Shown here: piece by piece, positions 47,462 to 58,032 of the stretch
Numbering within the stretch: position 1 is the first letter of the stretch
Layout of the letters: the number at the start of each line of letters is the position of its first letter
Assembly (NCBI GenBank): GCA_903860135.1
Contig: CAIOPG010000016.1
Span: 2,674-66,673, forward strand
From: Candidatus Omnitrophota bacterium
GTDB lineage: Bacteria > Omnitrophota > Gorgyraeia > Zapsychrales > Fredricksoniimonadaceae
Length of the DNA stretch: 64,000 nucleotides
Direction of reading: 5' to 3'
Made by a program: the position numbers and the translations under genes
Notes under the pieces: model-generated
Told to the model about the DNA's origin: nothing
Databases searched by the model: none
Seen by the model: only the letters and a program-made list of their open reading frames with translations

Positions 47462-48193
47462 TCACCCTTTGACAATGGTCCCCGAGAATAATTCCCTCAC
47501 CCCGCGCTGATCCTGGATATACACTTCCGGCGGGAATTCGATGCTGTTTTTAACTTGTGCCGCGATCAGATCATCCAAGAATGCCTTCTGTAATTCATTG
47601 TCGGGATCATGCAAGGGATACGTGCTCAGGTCATTGACCAGCACCATGACCGGCTCGCGGGCAAATTCAACGGTCTTGAGGATCTTTTTGACAAGGACAT
47701 AAAGAAAATTCGGCTTGTCATTGAAAAGTTCAACGGCGGTCTTAAAGAGGATCTTGCCCCATGGCTCGTCGACAAGCTTCTGAAGAATACCATAAACCGA
47801 CGAATACTTGATCAGCATTGCCTCACCGGTCTTGAGCCTCAAAGAGGAATTCACCAGAACCTGGGCCAGTTCCCGGGCATTGAACGACCCTGTTTCCTGA
47901 TGCACATCAAACGTCAGAAGATCAAACGTATGTACACCACGCATCATAACCGCCGCATCTTTCACCGAACGGTCCAGCAGATCTCTGGTCGATTCCCACA
48001 GGAAATCCTCATCCTTGCGGATGATCGTCACGGCCAGGAGTTTACACGCCTGCCCTTCGCGCACGGCCGTGAATGACTGCACCCGGCCCATGGGATTGCC
48101 CTGATAATAGATTTCTTCAAAACGCGGGAGATAATTAAAAAGGTTGGATGAAGCAAAGCCTGTATGAACCAAATTGATCCGCTGAGAACTCAT
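47462..48193 (-). CDS. Hypothetical protein
   Basis: 243-aa ORF with host-like composition. Confidence 0.65.
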   Translation of the reverse strand: MSSQRINLVHTGFASSNLFNYLPRFEEIYYQGNPMGRVQSFTAVREGQACKLLAVTIIRKDEDFLWESTRDLLDRSVKDAAVMMRGVHTFDLLTFDVHQETGSFNARELAQVLVNSSLRLKTGEAMLIKYSSVYGILQKLVDEPWGKILFKTAVELFNDKPNFLYVLVKKILKTVEFAREPVMVLVNDLSTYPLHDPDNELQKAFLDDLIAAQVKNSIEFPPEVYIQDQRGVRELFSGTIVKG

Positions 48194-48218
48194 ACCATCC
48201 CTTATCTGGCAAATCTAT

Positions 48219-48368
48219 TCATACACCTGATTCCGGAACAACCTGACCCGGATCAATGACCGCATCCGCCGACTTTTTCTCAAGCTTCTTCTGCTTCTTT
48301 TCCTCGGCCTTTTTTTTGCGGCTTAATTCTTTCTGGTACTTCTGGTAAGAATAATTATCTCGTCCCAC
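48219..48368 (-). CDS. Small basic 49-aa protein (not in ORF track)
   Basis: AAGGAG RBS; MGRDNYSYQKYQKELSRKKKAEEKKQKKLEKK... Confidence 0.7.
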   Translation of the reverse strand: MGRDNYSYQKYQKELSRKKKAEEKKQKKLEKKSADAVIDPGQVVPESGV

Positions 48369-48635
48369 AGTATTCTCCTTGATGCCGGCCTAAAGATACA
48401 GATCACCGGAAACAACTATTAACGGCTTTGACGGGCCGAGATCACATTGTCTTTGGGCCGCTGGATAGAGCAGGAATGACAATATGCCTCATGATTATAA
48501 ATACTCAACACATTCTTGCAGTGCGGACGCTTGCACTTCCTGCCCTGACGGGACGTCACAGGTGGCTTGATATTAACTCCTTTTTAGACAGAATACTTGA
48601 CGAAAATAATACCTTCAACTCAATTGAAAAATTTA

Positions 48636-50258
48636 TTATAGCACTTTCAGCATGACTTGGGGAGAATTAGTCGGCGGGGTGTCGAATAATTTGATCGCAG
48701 GATTGCGGTCCGCAAAGTATTTGAACGACCAGGGCGTCTGAAAAAGAATGACCCGGCGCCGTTGGTCGTCGGTCGCGAGGGCCGCCTCACGTGGCAGGAT
48801 GTCTTTGAGCATCTCATCCTTGAAATCCGGGGCAAGCCAGCGCAAGATCTTCCAGGGCTGCATTTCAAGCCTTGAGGCCGAGCCGTATTCATCTTTAAGC
48901 CGGTACTGCAGGACTTCAAATTGCAACGGCCCAACCGCACCAAGCATCGGCGTCGCGTGGTAGGAATGGTCGACTGTAAAGGACTGGACAATATCCTCGG
49001 CCAGCAGATGGTCGATGCCCTTGCGGAATGCCTTTGAGCTCGACGCGGCCATATTATTCAAATACGCGAAACATTCCGGCGCAAAGCGCGGGATCTCCTC
49101 GAGGACAAGCCCGGGATCCGTGCTGATCGTGTCGCCGATCCTAAAATCAAGCTTGGTGACAAACCCCATCACATCCCCCGGATACGCCTCGGCCATCAAT
49201 TCGCGGCTGCGACCAAAAAGATTATAGGAATCTCCCAGGCGGATCTCGCGGCCGGTGCGGAAATGGAACACCTTCATCTCACGGTAAAACCGCCCCGAAC
49301 AAACCCTGGCAAAAACCACACGGTCCCGGTGCAACGGGTTCATGTTCGTCTGGACCTTAAAAATAAACGCAGAGAAATCAGGATGATCGAGCGGAATGAC
49401 CACATCGTTTGACCGGCGCGGCATGGGCGGCGGTGAATAGCGCAAGAACTCTTTGAGCAGATATTCCACCCCGAAATTATTAGCCGCACTGCCGAAGAAA
49501 ACCGGCGTTGTCTTGCCCTCAAGCACTGCCTGGCTGTCAAACCCACCATGCGCGCCGTCGAGCATTTCAAGTTCTTCGACGACTTCAAGGTAGGTTCCTT
49601 CCGATAACAACGCCTTGACCAAAGGATCGGCAAGCCCGTGCACCGACACCGGCGCCCGGTAAACCCCGCCCGGCACCCGTTCAAAAAGATGCACTTCCTT
49701 TTTTGTCCGATCATAAATGCCCTTGAAATCCGGACCATTGCCCAGTGGCCAGTTCACCGGAAAGGCATGCAAATGAAGTTCTTTTTCAAGCTGATCAATA
49801 AGTTCCAGCGGCGACTTGGAAGGACGATCAAGCTTGTTCATGAATGTAAAAATCGGGATACCGCGTTTGCGGCAGATCTGAAAAAGCTTGAGCGTCTGGC
49901 TCTCGATCCCCTTACCTGCGTCAATCACCATGATGACCGCATCGACGGCCATAAGGACACGGTACGTATCTTCCGAGAAATCCTTATGCCCCGGCGTATC
50001 GAGCAGGTTCAGGCGGTAATCCTCATAATCGAACTGCAACACCGTCGATGAGATCGAGATCCCGCGCTGTTTCTCAAGCTCCATCCAGTCAGACGCCGTC
50101 TCGCTCTGCTTCTTCTTCGCCGTCACCGACCCCGCCAGATCCAGTGCCCCGCCATAAAGGAGCAGTTTCTCCGTCAATGTCGTTTTCCCGGCATCCGGAT
50201 GCGAAATGATCGCAAACGTCCGGCGCCGTGCCGCTTCTGTCATGATTTCGTTGTTCAT
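48636..50258 (-). CDS. prfC: Peptide chain release factor 3
   Basis: RRTFAIISHPDAGKTTLTEKLL, DTPGH.DFSEDTYR. Confidence 0.97.
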   Translation of the reverse strand: MNNEIMTEAARRRTFAIISHPDAGKTTLTEKLLLYGGALDLAGSVTAKKKQSETASDWMELEKQRGISISSTVLQFDYEDYRLNLLDTPGHKDFSEDTYRVLMAVDAVIMVIDAGKGIESQTLKLFQICRKRGIPIFTFMNKLDRPSKSPLELIDQLEKELHLHAFPVNWPLGNGPDFKGIYDRTKKEVHLFERVPGGVYRAPVSVHGLADPLVKALLSEGTYLEVVEELEMLDGAHGGFDSQAVLEGKTTPVFFGSAANNFGVEYLLKEFLRYSPPPMPRRSNDVVIPLDHPDFSAFIFKVQTNMNPLHRDRVVFARVCSGRFYREMKVFHFRTGREIRLGDSYNLFGRSRELMAEAYPGDVMGFVTKLDFRIGDTISTDPGLVLEEIPRFAPECFAYLNNMAASSSKAFRKGIDHLLAEDIVQSFTVDHSYHATPMLGAVGPLQFEVLQYRLKDEYGSASRLEMQPWKILRWLAPDFKDEMLKDILPREAALATDDQRRRVILFQTPWSFKYFADRNPAIKLFDTPPTNSPQVMLKVL

Positions 50259-50417
50259 ACCAAGATTGCACCCTAAAGAATAACCATTCGATCAGTTCAA
50301 ACAAATTAATTGGACGTCGGGAACAATACACCATGTTTTTAACCTTGTCAAATCTTCAGCCTTGGATAATAAAAGATCACTACCCAACCCCTTGATTCAT
50401 CCTATAATGGACAACCT

Positions 50418-52199
50418 ATGACAGCCTTGAATATCCTTCGTTCCGTATTCGGTTATGACTCTTTCAGGCCCTTGCAGGATGTTTGTATCCGGTCGGTGCT
50501 TGCCAAGAAAGACACGCTCCTCATCATGCCGACGGGCGGCGGGAAATCGTTGTGTTATCAGATCCCGGGGCTGATGTTCCACGGGCTGACGGTGGTCATT
50601 TCACCACTGATCTCTTTGATGAAAGACCAGGTCAGCCAGCTTAAGAACCTGGGTGTTGAGGCAGAGGTCTTGAACAGTTCGCTGTCCTGGGATGAATATG
50701 ATGCGAATAAAAGCCGTATCTTAAGCGGGAAAACCAAACTGCTCTTCTGCGCGCCGGAAACCTTGTTCAAGGAAGAAATCCTGGCCATGCTCGCCGCCTG
50801 CCGGGTCGATTGCATCACCATTGATGAAGCGCATTGCATTTCGGAATGGGGGCATGATTTTCGTCCGGAATACCGCCGGATCAAAGACCTGCGCGACCAA
50901 TTCCCGCAGGCGGTATTCCTCGCGGTCACAGCCACCGCCACCGAGCGCGTGCGCCGGGATATTATCGGAAACCTTGCCCTTAGAGATCCCTCGGAACTCG
51001 TGGCCAGCTTCAACCGGGATAATCTTTTCTACGAAGTCATCCCCAAGAATAACGCCACCGACCAGACGATCGATTATCTCCGGAAATTCAAAGGACAAAG
51101 CGGGATCATTTATTGTTTTTCGCGTAAACAGGTCGACAGCCTGACACTGGACATCAAAAAAGCCGGGTTCAAGGCCCTGCCCTACCACGCGGGCCTGGCC
51201 GATGATGTCCGCCATAAGAACCAGGAACTTTTTATCCGCGACGATGTCCCGATCATGGTGGCCACGATCGCCTTTGGCATGGGGATCAACAAGCCCAATG
51301 TGCGCTTTGTCATCCACTATGACCTGCCCAAAAATATTGAATCCTATTACCAGGAAACCGGGCGCGCCGGGCGTGACGGGCTTCCGGCCCAATGCCTCCT
51401 GCTATTCAGTGCCGGAGACGCGGCCAAGATCAAATATTTCATTGACCAGAAAGAAGATCCGGCACAAAAGCGCGTGGCGCAGAACCACTTAAATGCCATT
51501 ATCGCCTATGCCCAGAGCCGCCAGTGCCGCCGGATCCCGCTGTTGACCTATTTCGGCGAAAACCACACCGCCACAGATTGCGCCCTGTGCGACAACTGCG
51601 TCACACCGCAGGCCACTGCCGTTGACCTGAGCCTCCCCGCCATCCTGTTCCTGCAATGTGTTTCCGAAACCGGCGAACGCTTCGGTGCCCTGCACCTCAT
51701 CAATATCCTGCGCGGCAGTGAAGCGGAGAAAATCCTGCATTACGGGCATCAGCATAATAGATCCTTCGGGACCGGGCGCGACTGGACCATCAAGCAATGG
51801 CAGGATCTTGTGTCTCAATTGCTGACCCAATCCCTTCTGAAGAAAGACGATGACTACGGCGTCCTCAGCTTCACCGCCGGATCCCTTGAACTCCTGAGCC
51901 GCCGCCGCACCTTCAAGGGCTTCACCCCCAGGAAAGATACCGTTCCGGTCAAATCCGTCAGGGTTAAATCCAGCGAAGATTATGACACCGACCTCTTCGA
52001 GCGCCTGCGCGCCGAGCGCAAGGAAATCGCCGACCGCAACGGCGTCCCGCCCTATATCATCTTCTCGGATAAATCCCTGATCGACATGTGCCAGCGCAAG
52101 CCCAGGACAAAGGCAGAATTCGCGCATGTGTTCGGGGTGGGCGAACAGAAACTGGAAAGATTCAGCGCGGCGTTCCTGCGGGTGATCCATGGGAAATAA
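50418..52199 (+). CDS. recQ: DNA helicase RecQ
   Basis: MPTGGGKSLCYQ, DEAHCISEWGHDFR, RQC and HRDC domains. Confidence 0.97.
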   Translation: MTALNILRSVFGYDSFRPLQDVCIRSVLAKKDTLLIMPTGGGKSLCYQIPGLMFHGLTVVISPLISLMKDQVSQLKNLGVEAEVLNSSLSWDEYDANKSRILSGKTKLLFCAPETLFKEEILAMLAACRVDCITIDEAHCISEWGHDFRPEYRRIKDLRDQFPQAVFLAVTATATERVRRDIIGNLALRDPSELVASFNRDNLFYEVIPKNNATDQTIDYLRKFKGQSGIIYCFSRKQVDSLTLDIKKAGFKALPYHAGLADDVRHKNQELFIRDDVPIMVATIAFGMGINKPNVRFVIHYDLPKNIESYYQETGRAGRDGLPAQCLLLFSAGDAAKIKYFIDQKEDPAQKRVAQNHLNAIIAYAQSRQCRRIPLLTYFGENHTATDCALCDNCVTPQATAVDLSLPAILFLQCVSETGERFGALHLINILRGSEAEKILHYGHQHNRSFGTGRDWTIKQWQDLVSQLLTQSLLKKDDDYGVLSFTAGSLELLSRRRTFKGFTPRKDTVPVKSVRVKSSEDYDTDLFERLRAERKEIADRNGVPPYIIFSDKSLIDMCQRKPRTKAEFAHVFGVGEQKLERFSAAFLRVIHGK

Positions 52200-52200
52200 A

Positions 52201-52242
52201 ATTGACCAGGTGCGTCAGCCTCGCTGAACACACCTGGTCAAT
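52201..52242. terminator. Hairpin between convergent genes
   Basis: ATTGACCAGGTG...CACCTGGTCAAT. Confidence 0.7.
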
Positions 52243-52266
52243 CAAAACGCTTGCGCTTACCCCTGA

Positions 52267-52368
52267 TTATTTTTCATCCTTACTCTTCTGCAATTCCAGC
52301 ACCTTAAAAAGCAAGAAGCCGATAATAATAGCCTGAAGCAACACCGCTGTTTCAAGAAATGCGATCAT
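52267..52368 (-). CDS. 33-aa single-TM peptide (not in ORF track)
   Basis: AAGGAG RBS; MIAFLETAVLLQAIIIGFLLFKVLELQKSKDEK. Confidence 0.6.
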   Translation of the reverse strand: MIAFLETAVLLQAIIIGFLLFKVLELQKSKDEK

Positions 52369-52380
52369 ATGAGCCTCTCC

Positions 52381-53427
52381 TTATTCCTTCGCCTCGTTGA
52401 ACATGCCCTTGAAAATACCGTTTAAGTCCATCAAACTGGTTGAATTCTGACCGATCGGCACCGCGAAGACCCTGAATTTGTCAGGGATGTTCTCCGCAAA
52501 CTTGAGTGCCACGACATTCTGGCCGCCGCCCAACGCTTCGGCCTGGAGCTTCTTGCCTTCGGCATCCGCTTTATAATTAGCAAGCTTACCTGCCGCCTGC
52601 TGTTCAAGCTTGTAACGCTCAGCTTCAGCCTCGATCTTGACTGACTGGGCACGACCTTCGGCATCCTGCACCGCTTTGAGCTTACTACCGCGGGCTTCGG
52701 CTTCCTGACGCTTGGATTCTTCTTCCTGGGCCAGCGCGCGATTCTTGTTGATCTCCACCTGCTGGGCCGCGAGCTTTTTCTGCTCAATGGCATGCTCAAA
52801 TTCCGTGCTGAAGGCAAAATGACGGATCAAAGCATCCTGGATCATGATCGCCGGGAATTTAGCGACGGAATTCTGCAGGCGGGTCGCGATCTCTTTCTGG
52901 ATCACATCGCGCACCTTGCCGCTGTAGATCTCTTCGGCGGTATAACTGCCGATAGCAATACGTGCTTCCGAGCGGATTTGCGGCAACAGGATCTGATCCT
53001 CGTAATTAGGCCCGATCGACTGATGCAAGACCGGCACATCCTTGCTCTTGAGCGCATACAGGATAGTCAGGTCAACGCGAATATTCTGCCCGTCATTGGT
53101 CTTTAGCTCAAGCGTGTAATTGTCACTGCCTTCGCTCTTGACCACATCGCCCGGGAAGGCCCGCGCCGCGACATGATAAACCACGATATCCGTCGAGATC
53201 TTATTATAAACATGGTACCCAACGCCCAGCGGCATATCGAGGACTTTACCCTGCACCTTGTCGACCTCAACCCCCACTTCCGTGGACTTGATATCCACGA
53301 TACCAACGAACATCCAGAATGCCACCATAACAACAACGATCCCGCCGAGAAAAAAAGTAGATTTATGATCCATGTGATAATCCCCTGGTTTTATATTGTT
53401 CCAGATATCCTTGATCCGTTCTTCCAT
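52381..53427 (-). CDS. Prohibitin-like SPFH protein
   Basis: TM, band-7 domain, AIEQK, EAE-repeat coiled coil. Confidence 0.85.
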   Translation of the reverse strand: MEERIKDIWNNIKPGDYHMDHKSTFFLGGIVVVMVAFWMFVGIVDIKSTEVGVEVDKVQGKVLDMPLGVGYHVYNKISTDIVVYHVAARAFPGDVVKSEGSDNYTLELKTNDGQNIRVDLTILYALKSKDVPVLHQSIGPNYEDQILLPQIRSEARIAIGSYTAEEIYSGKVRDVIQKEIATRLQNSVAKFPAIMIQDALIRHFAFSTEFEHAIEQKKLAAQQVEINKNRALAQEEESKRQEAEARGSKLKAVQDAEGRAQSVKIEAEAERYKLEQQAAGKLANYKADAEGKKLQAEALGGGQNVVALKFAENIPDKFRVFAVPIGQNSTSLMDLNGIFKGMFNEAKE

Positions 53428-53488
53428 AACACCACCTCCTGAAGCTTGCTGGATTTTGACCAGTATAGCAGAAAATAATTTGTTCCGA

Positions 53489-53743
53489 TTATCTCTCGAT
53501 CAATTCCATATACAACCTGTCAGGCGCAATATCCGCGCCATTAGGCCAGCAGATCGTCCCCAGCTCAGCATCAACCTTCATCTGGGAAAACTTTTTCGGG
53601 TCGAGTAACCCTTTAAATACACCCCTTCCTAAATATTTTCGCAGATCTAAAACGCCCCTTTTCAAATCATCAAAAACAAATTCAACGCTATAATCTTTGA
53701 TGATCCTGGCTTCAATGACCTCTCGGGCTACGATATTTTTCAT
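53489..53743 (-). CDS. DUF2442-family protein (antitoxin-like)
   Basis: GTICWPNGADIAPD.LY; ATGA overlap with upstream gene. Confidence 0.85.
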   Translation of the reverse strand: MKNIVAREVIEARIIKDYSVEFVFDDLKRGVLDLRKYLGRGVFKGLLDPKKFSQMKVDAELGTICWPNGADIAPDRLYMELIER

Positions 53744-54000
53744 AATAACGGCTCTATTGTTTTCAATTTGCCATCTTTTTGGGCGATATTCCAATCGATC
53801 ATCAATTCCTTTTCATGCATCTTCGACCACTCCTTGATCAAGCGCGTCGCCCTGGGAGGAAGTTTCCCGGCAATCAAACGACAACCATCTATACTAAAAA
53901 CCCCAAGCTGACCTTCATATTTTGCATGAAAATGAGGTGGATGATGATCCTGAAAAAACATGAGAATACTAATACCATAGAATCTTGAAATAACAGGCAT
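53740..54000 (-). CDS. DUF4160-family protein (toxin-like)
   Basis: MPVISRFYGI...DH.PPHFHA.Y. Confidence 0.88.
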   Translation of the reverse strand: MPVISRFYGISILMFFQDHHPPHFHAKYEGQLGVFSIDGCRLIAGKLPPRATRLIKEWSKMHEKELMIDWNIAQKDGKLKTIEPLL

Positions 54001-54263
54001 ATTTTTCCCTAAGAAAGAATTCAGATTTCAACCTACAATTCTTAAATATTTAGTATAACAGAAAAACACTTTTTGCCCCTATAAAAAGCAGTTACACTAC
54101 TTTTCCTTAAGAAAACTTTCTCCCGTCTATTGCCCCGCTGAATTACATGATGTGACTGCTCCATTGGGAGGGGATAAAATGATTAATTTAGCAGTTAATA
54201 TTCTCCATCAGGGCTACAAATTTTGATCAGTGCTGCCTCAAAAGTAGTGTGTCCCTGGTTTCT

Positions 54264-54659
54264 CTAAAAAAGAGCCTCATCAATATCTTTACTCTCTGAA
54301 ATAATCGCAATGTTGTGTCCCCAAGGGACTCGGGTTAATTGGGCAACAACTTGTTGCCCAATTGCAGCCCCCTGTCCATAGAATGCATACCATTGCCGAA
54401 TGTACTTCAAATTTCTTTCCGAGAATCCTTTCATATCGGGAAATTCATTCATTAGATCTTTACTTAAACGAGATAATAATCCATCACCCCATTTAGATTT
54501 CTTTTGTTGAATACTAATATCCGCTCCGATGCTCAAATATAAATTAAGCAACTCGGTATTAACTGAAACAGCCGCTTTAATCTGAGAAGAGCGCACTCTT
54601 GTTTTAATATCAGCAAGCCAGTTTTTATACTCTTGATCAATAATCTTAGATGATTTCAT
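54264..54659 (-). pseudogene. Truncated YhcG/DUF1016 gene (N-terminal domain only)
   Basis: KGFS.RNLKY.RQ.Y, PWGHN; stops at EALF next to a repeat; no nuclease domain. Confidence 0.8.
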
Positions 54660-54724
54660 GTTTTATCTCCGACTTACCATAACAATTGATACGCAACAAA
54701 GAATTACCGTCCATACAAAACTAT

Positions 54725-55573
54725 TCACATCAATTTATCAATCTGAGCACACTCGCTTTGAGTAAGCTCGAAATTAAAGATTTCTTGGTCTTCATGCATA
54801 TGTGCTTCAGATGTTGTGCCGATGAGAGGGATAATATCGTTCTGGATCAAGGCGCGAAACAGGATATGGGCCGGAGAGCATTGGTAATGTGCGGCCAGAT
54901 TCTGAAAGACGCTGTGCGCTAGAAGATGGGGATTAGCCGTGATGATCCAGAACCCCTCGTAAAGAATACCCCGCTCCCGGCAAAAAGTCCTGATGGAACG
55001 ATCGTATCCAGTCTCTTGATAAAAGCGGTTTTGAACGACTGCCGGCTTGATGCGCGCCGCTTGATACAACCACTCCAGGTCTTCAAGTTCGTAACAATTG
55101 CTGATGCCTAGTTGCCGAACACTCCCGCTGTCGACACCTGCCTCCATCGCCTGCCAGACCTCCCGCATTTGCGCTTCAGTCTGCAAAGGGGAATGCAGGA
55201 GCAGACAGTCCAGCACATCGGTCCGAAGATTGCGCAGTGAGGCGATCAATGACTGGCTAACTTGTTGCGCCAGACTTGCCGATGGATCATAGGGGATATT
55301 CCCGGGATCCTGCCCCCTCACGGGAGTAAACTTACTCTGAATGTAAAGGTCACTGCGCGTGAGCCCTGTATCCAAAGCCAGCGCTATCCCTTCACCCACA
55401 CCCGGTTCGTTGTAATGTTTTGGCTGACAGGCGGTATCGATGCCGCGGAATCCCGACCTGATGGCCGTTGCGACAAGAGGCGCAGTGCGATCCTTTTTCC
55501 AGGCTGTGCCGTAAAGGATCTGGGGAATGCTAACACCACTACTGGACACCAAGCGAGTCTTTTCACCGCTCAT
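54725..55573 (-). CDS. Aldo/keto reductase
   Basis: G.RGIDTA, Y.E, LLHSP, LGISN. Confidence 0.9.
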   Translation of the reverse strand: MSGEKTRLVSSSGVSIPQILYGTAWKKDRTAPLVATAIRSGFRGIDTACQPKHYNEPGVGEGIALALDTGLTRSDLYIQSKFTPVRGQDPGNIPYDPSASLAQQVSQSLIASLRNLRTDVLDCLLLHSPLQTEAQMREVWQAMEAGVDSGSVRQLGISNCYELEDLEWLYQAARIKPAVVQNRFYQETGYDRSIRTFCRERGILYEGFWIITANPHLLAHSVFQNLAAHYQCSPAHILFRALIQNDIIPLIGTTSEAHMHEDQEIFNFELTQSECAQIDKLM

Positions 55574-55658
55574 GACTGTCTTTACCCCTCATTGTGGTGA
55601 CAAACACCATTTCTTACTACTTACCATAACAACCGACCTGCCATGTGTTCACAAACTT

Positions 55659-55841
55659 TTAGAACTGCGTTCTAAACCTTGCTAAAGGAATGAACGACGT
55701 TGACGCATCATTTTTGCCCTTTGCAACGTTTAACAAGCCTATCTGCAGTCCTGATATCCGTTCTACTTGATTAATAACTCCTACTTGAACACCAATAAAA
55801 TCAAGGGCGCGGTTATAAACACCCACCTGAAGCTTGCTCAT
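55659..55841 (-). CDS. Small GxQxGxxN repeat protein, probably a fragment
   Basis: QVGVYN..GVQVGVIN..GLQIGLLN; no signal peptide. Confidence 0.5.
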   Translation of the reverse strand: MSKLQVGVYNRALDFIGVQVGVINQVERISGLQIGLLNVAKGKNDASTSFIPLARFRTQF

Positions 55842-56440
55842 GATGTTACTACTTTCATGGATGCTATGATTGTCAGGACGCCGTTACGAACCATCATCAC
55901 ACCTATAGCGGCCAGTAAAAGATACATAACCTTTGATAGCGCGCGTGCCCCACTCGCCCCGATCAGACGAATGAGTCTGTCTGAAAAGAAAAACACCACG
56001 CCCACAATAACTAAATTGGAAAGAACGGACACTAGCGTCACCGCCCAGCCATACTGATTCATCTGCATCAAAGCCAGCGTCAGCACGGCCGGCCCAACGA
56101 TCAATGGCGTCCCGATCGGCACAACAGCCAGATCCGATGGCTTAACCTTTCTGGTCTGCAACGACCGTCCCATCAAATCCGCCATCGATAAACAAAAAAG
56201 GATAGCACCGCCAGCGATCATAAAATCGCCAATACCAATACCTAGAAAACCAAGTAGAAATTTCCCAAGGAAGATAAAACTGATGGCCAGGATCGTAGCC
56301 GTAGCCAACGATTGAAAAATAATACTGCGCTTTTGCTCACGAGACAACCCTTGGGTTAAACCAGCAAAAACAGCCAAAATCCCAAGAGAATCAACAGCGA
56401 AGAACATGGGAATAAACGCCAAAAGAATGTCATTAAACAT
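55838..56440 (-). CDS. MarC-family membrane protein
   Basis: IAGG.ILF, VPIGTPLIVGPA. Confidence 0.9.
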   Translation of the reverse strand: MFNDILLAFIPMFFAVDSLGILAVFAGLTQGLSREQKRSIIFQSLATATILAISFIFLGKFLLGFLGIGIGDFMIAGGAILFCLSMADLMGRSLQTRKVKPSDLAVVPIGTPLIVGPAVLTLALMQMNQYGWAVTLVSVLSNLVIVGVVFFFSDRLIRLIGASGARALSKVMYLLLAAIGVMMVRNGVLTIIASMKVVTS

Positions 56441-56558
56441 GGCTTGCTACCGCCGATCTTTTAAAAATCTGAATATAATCTTTAACTGGTCATCCACTGA
56501 CCACTCCCACTTGCCATAATCCCCGGCCACCTTCAGGTTGTGAGAACTAGGGACGCTT

Positions 56559-57980
56559 TTGTAACCATTGCAAGATATAGACTTACGAGATGCGAAATAA
56601 TTCTGTGCCTAAATTGTGCCAACTACTTTTTAACCTGCCAGGCCTTTTGATCCACACTTGAAATATGCTCCGCCATATCCTGGACCTTCACATACCACAG
56701 CTTCCCCTTCTTCTGAGCCTTGAGTTCTCCGCGATTGATCAGGTTGCGCAGGTAATCCTGGGAGTAATCATAAAGCTGGGCCAAGTCACGCAAAGGCACA
56801 ACGGCATCCTTGTTCATGCTCCTTGTTGTGCCGTTCTTCATCCGCTTAACACTTTCAGCCAACCGCTCCAGGACGATCTTTTTCAAACCCGTCAATGGAA
56901 CATCTGTAATGATCCCTTCCGCTTGCTCCAAGGATAACTTCTTCCCTTTCTCAAGCCTCCGATTGATCTCCTCAAAACAATCATCCCCCTGCTCCAGGGC
57001 ATTGTAATAAAGGTCTCGGTCCAACTTGGAGAACCCCTTGATCGCAATATTAAGATGTCCACTGCCTATGAGGATATAATTCAAAAGGATGCGCCCGGCA
57101 CGACCATTGCCATCCCTGAAAGGATGTATCGTTTCAAACCATGTATGGGTCAAAGCCGCCAGCGTTACAGGCGAATACTTTGACAGCTTCAAGTGCCTGT
57201 TGGTCCAGCGAACCATCAAATCAACAGCCTCACGCACATAAAAATGATCGATCGGTTTGAACTTAGACTGCGTCACTTCGGCTGTTGTCTTACGAAAGTC
57301 CCCGATCTCGCCAATATAAGTGCCAAGTTCCCTCTCATACCTCATGAGGATCGTGTGGATCTGCTTAACATCCGCCATGCGCAGGCAAAACTCTCCCTCA
57401 CGCCACTGGTTATACGCATACTCATAGATGGTACTCGCCGCCTCAAAATACCCAAGGATCGCCGCAGCCTTCTCTTTATTGGTCTTGCTGTTATGCTCCA
57501 GGACATCGATCAGCTCCTGCCGATTGGCAAAGACGCCCTCGATGGCAATAGAATTGCGAATCTCCTCCCGAAAGAGCGAATACCACTCCGCGTTCTGGAC
57601 GGTAACAAGCCGATCGTCATTGGACCGTAACGCCGCGATGGCCTTCTTCAAACCTTTTTCATCCATAAATACAACCCTTTATTTGCGAACCACCTTATAT
57701 GGTTCGGAAATAGTATATCCTATCAGCGACGATATGCAAGGAATAATATCTCGAATCTATCGAACTTTGCGAACCAAGATCCCAGGAACAAAAACGCGCC
57801 TTTGGCGAACCAGTCAACATGGTTCGCAAATTAATAGACATCCTCCGACGAGACTGACATCTAAATACGGGAATTAATCGAACTTTACGAACCTTTCGAA
57901 GATCATGTTATGAGGGCGATGGTCAATGTTGTAACTATTAACGACATATATACTTACGAGACGCGTCTAAAAAATGTGCC
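56559..57980. mobile_element. Fic-HTH module bounded by about 50-bp imperfect direct repeats
   Basis: TTGTAAC...ATATA.ACTTACGAGA.GCG...TGTGCC at 56559-56609 and 57929-57980. Confidence 0.55.
56623..57666 (-). CDS. Fic-domain protein with C-terminal excisionase-like HTH
   Basis: SIAIEG, HPFRDGNGRAGR, YLRNLINRGELKAQKKGKLW. Confidence 0.9.
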   Translation of the reverse strand: MDEKGLKKAIAALRSNDDRLVTVQNAEWYSLFREEIRNSIAIEGVFANRQELIDVLEHNSKTNKEKAAAILGYFEAASTIYEYAYNQWREGEFCLRMADVKQIHTILMRYERELGTYIGEIGDFRKTTAEVTQSKFKPIDHFYVREAVDLMVRWTNRHLKLSKYSPVTLAALTHTWFETIHPFRDGNGRAGRILLNYILIGSGHLNIAIKGFSKLDRDLYYNALEQGDDCFEEINRRLEKGKKLSLEQAEGIITDVPLTGLKKIVLERLAESVKRMKNGTTRSMNKDAVVPLRDLAQLYDYSQDYLRNLINRGELKAQKKGKLWYVKVQDMAEHISSVDQKAWQVKK

Positions 57981-58032
57981 CCCGGATTAATCTCAGATTA
58001 TCAGCAGGCTCGGGATCGGGATGACACGCGAG

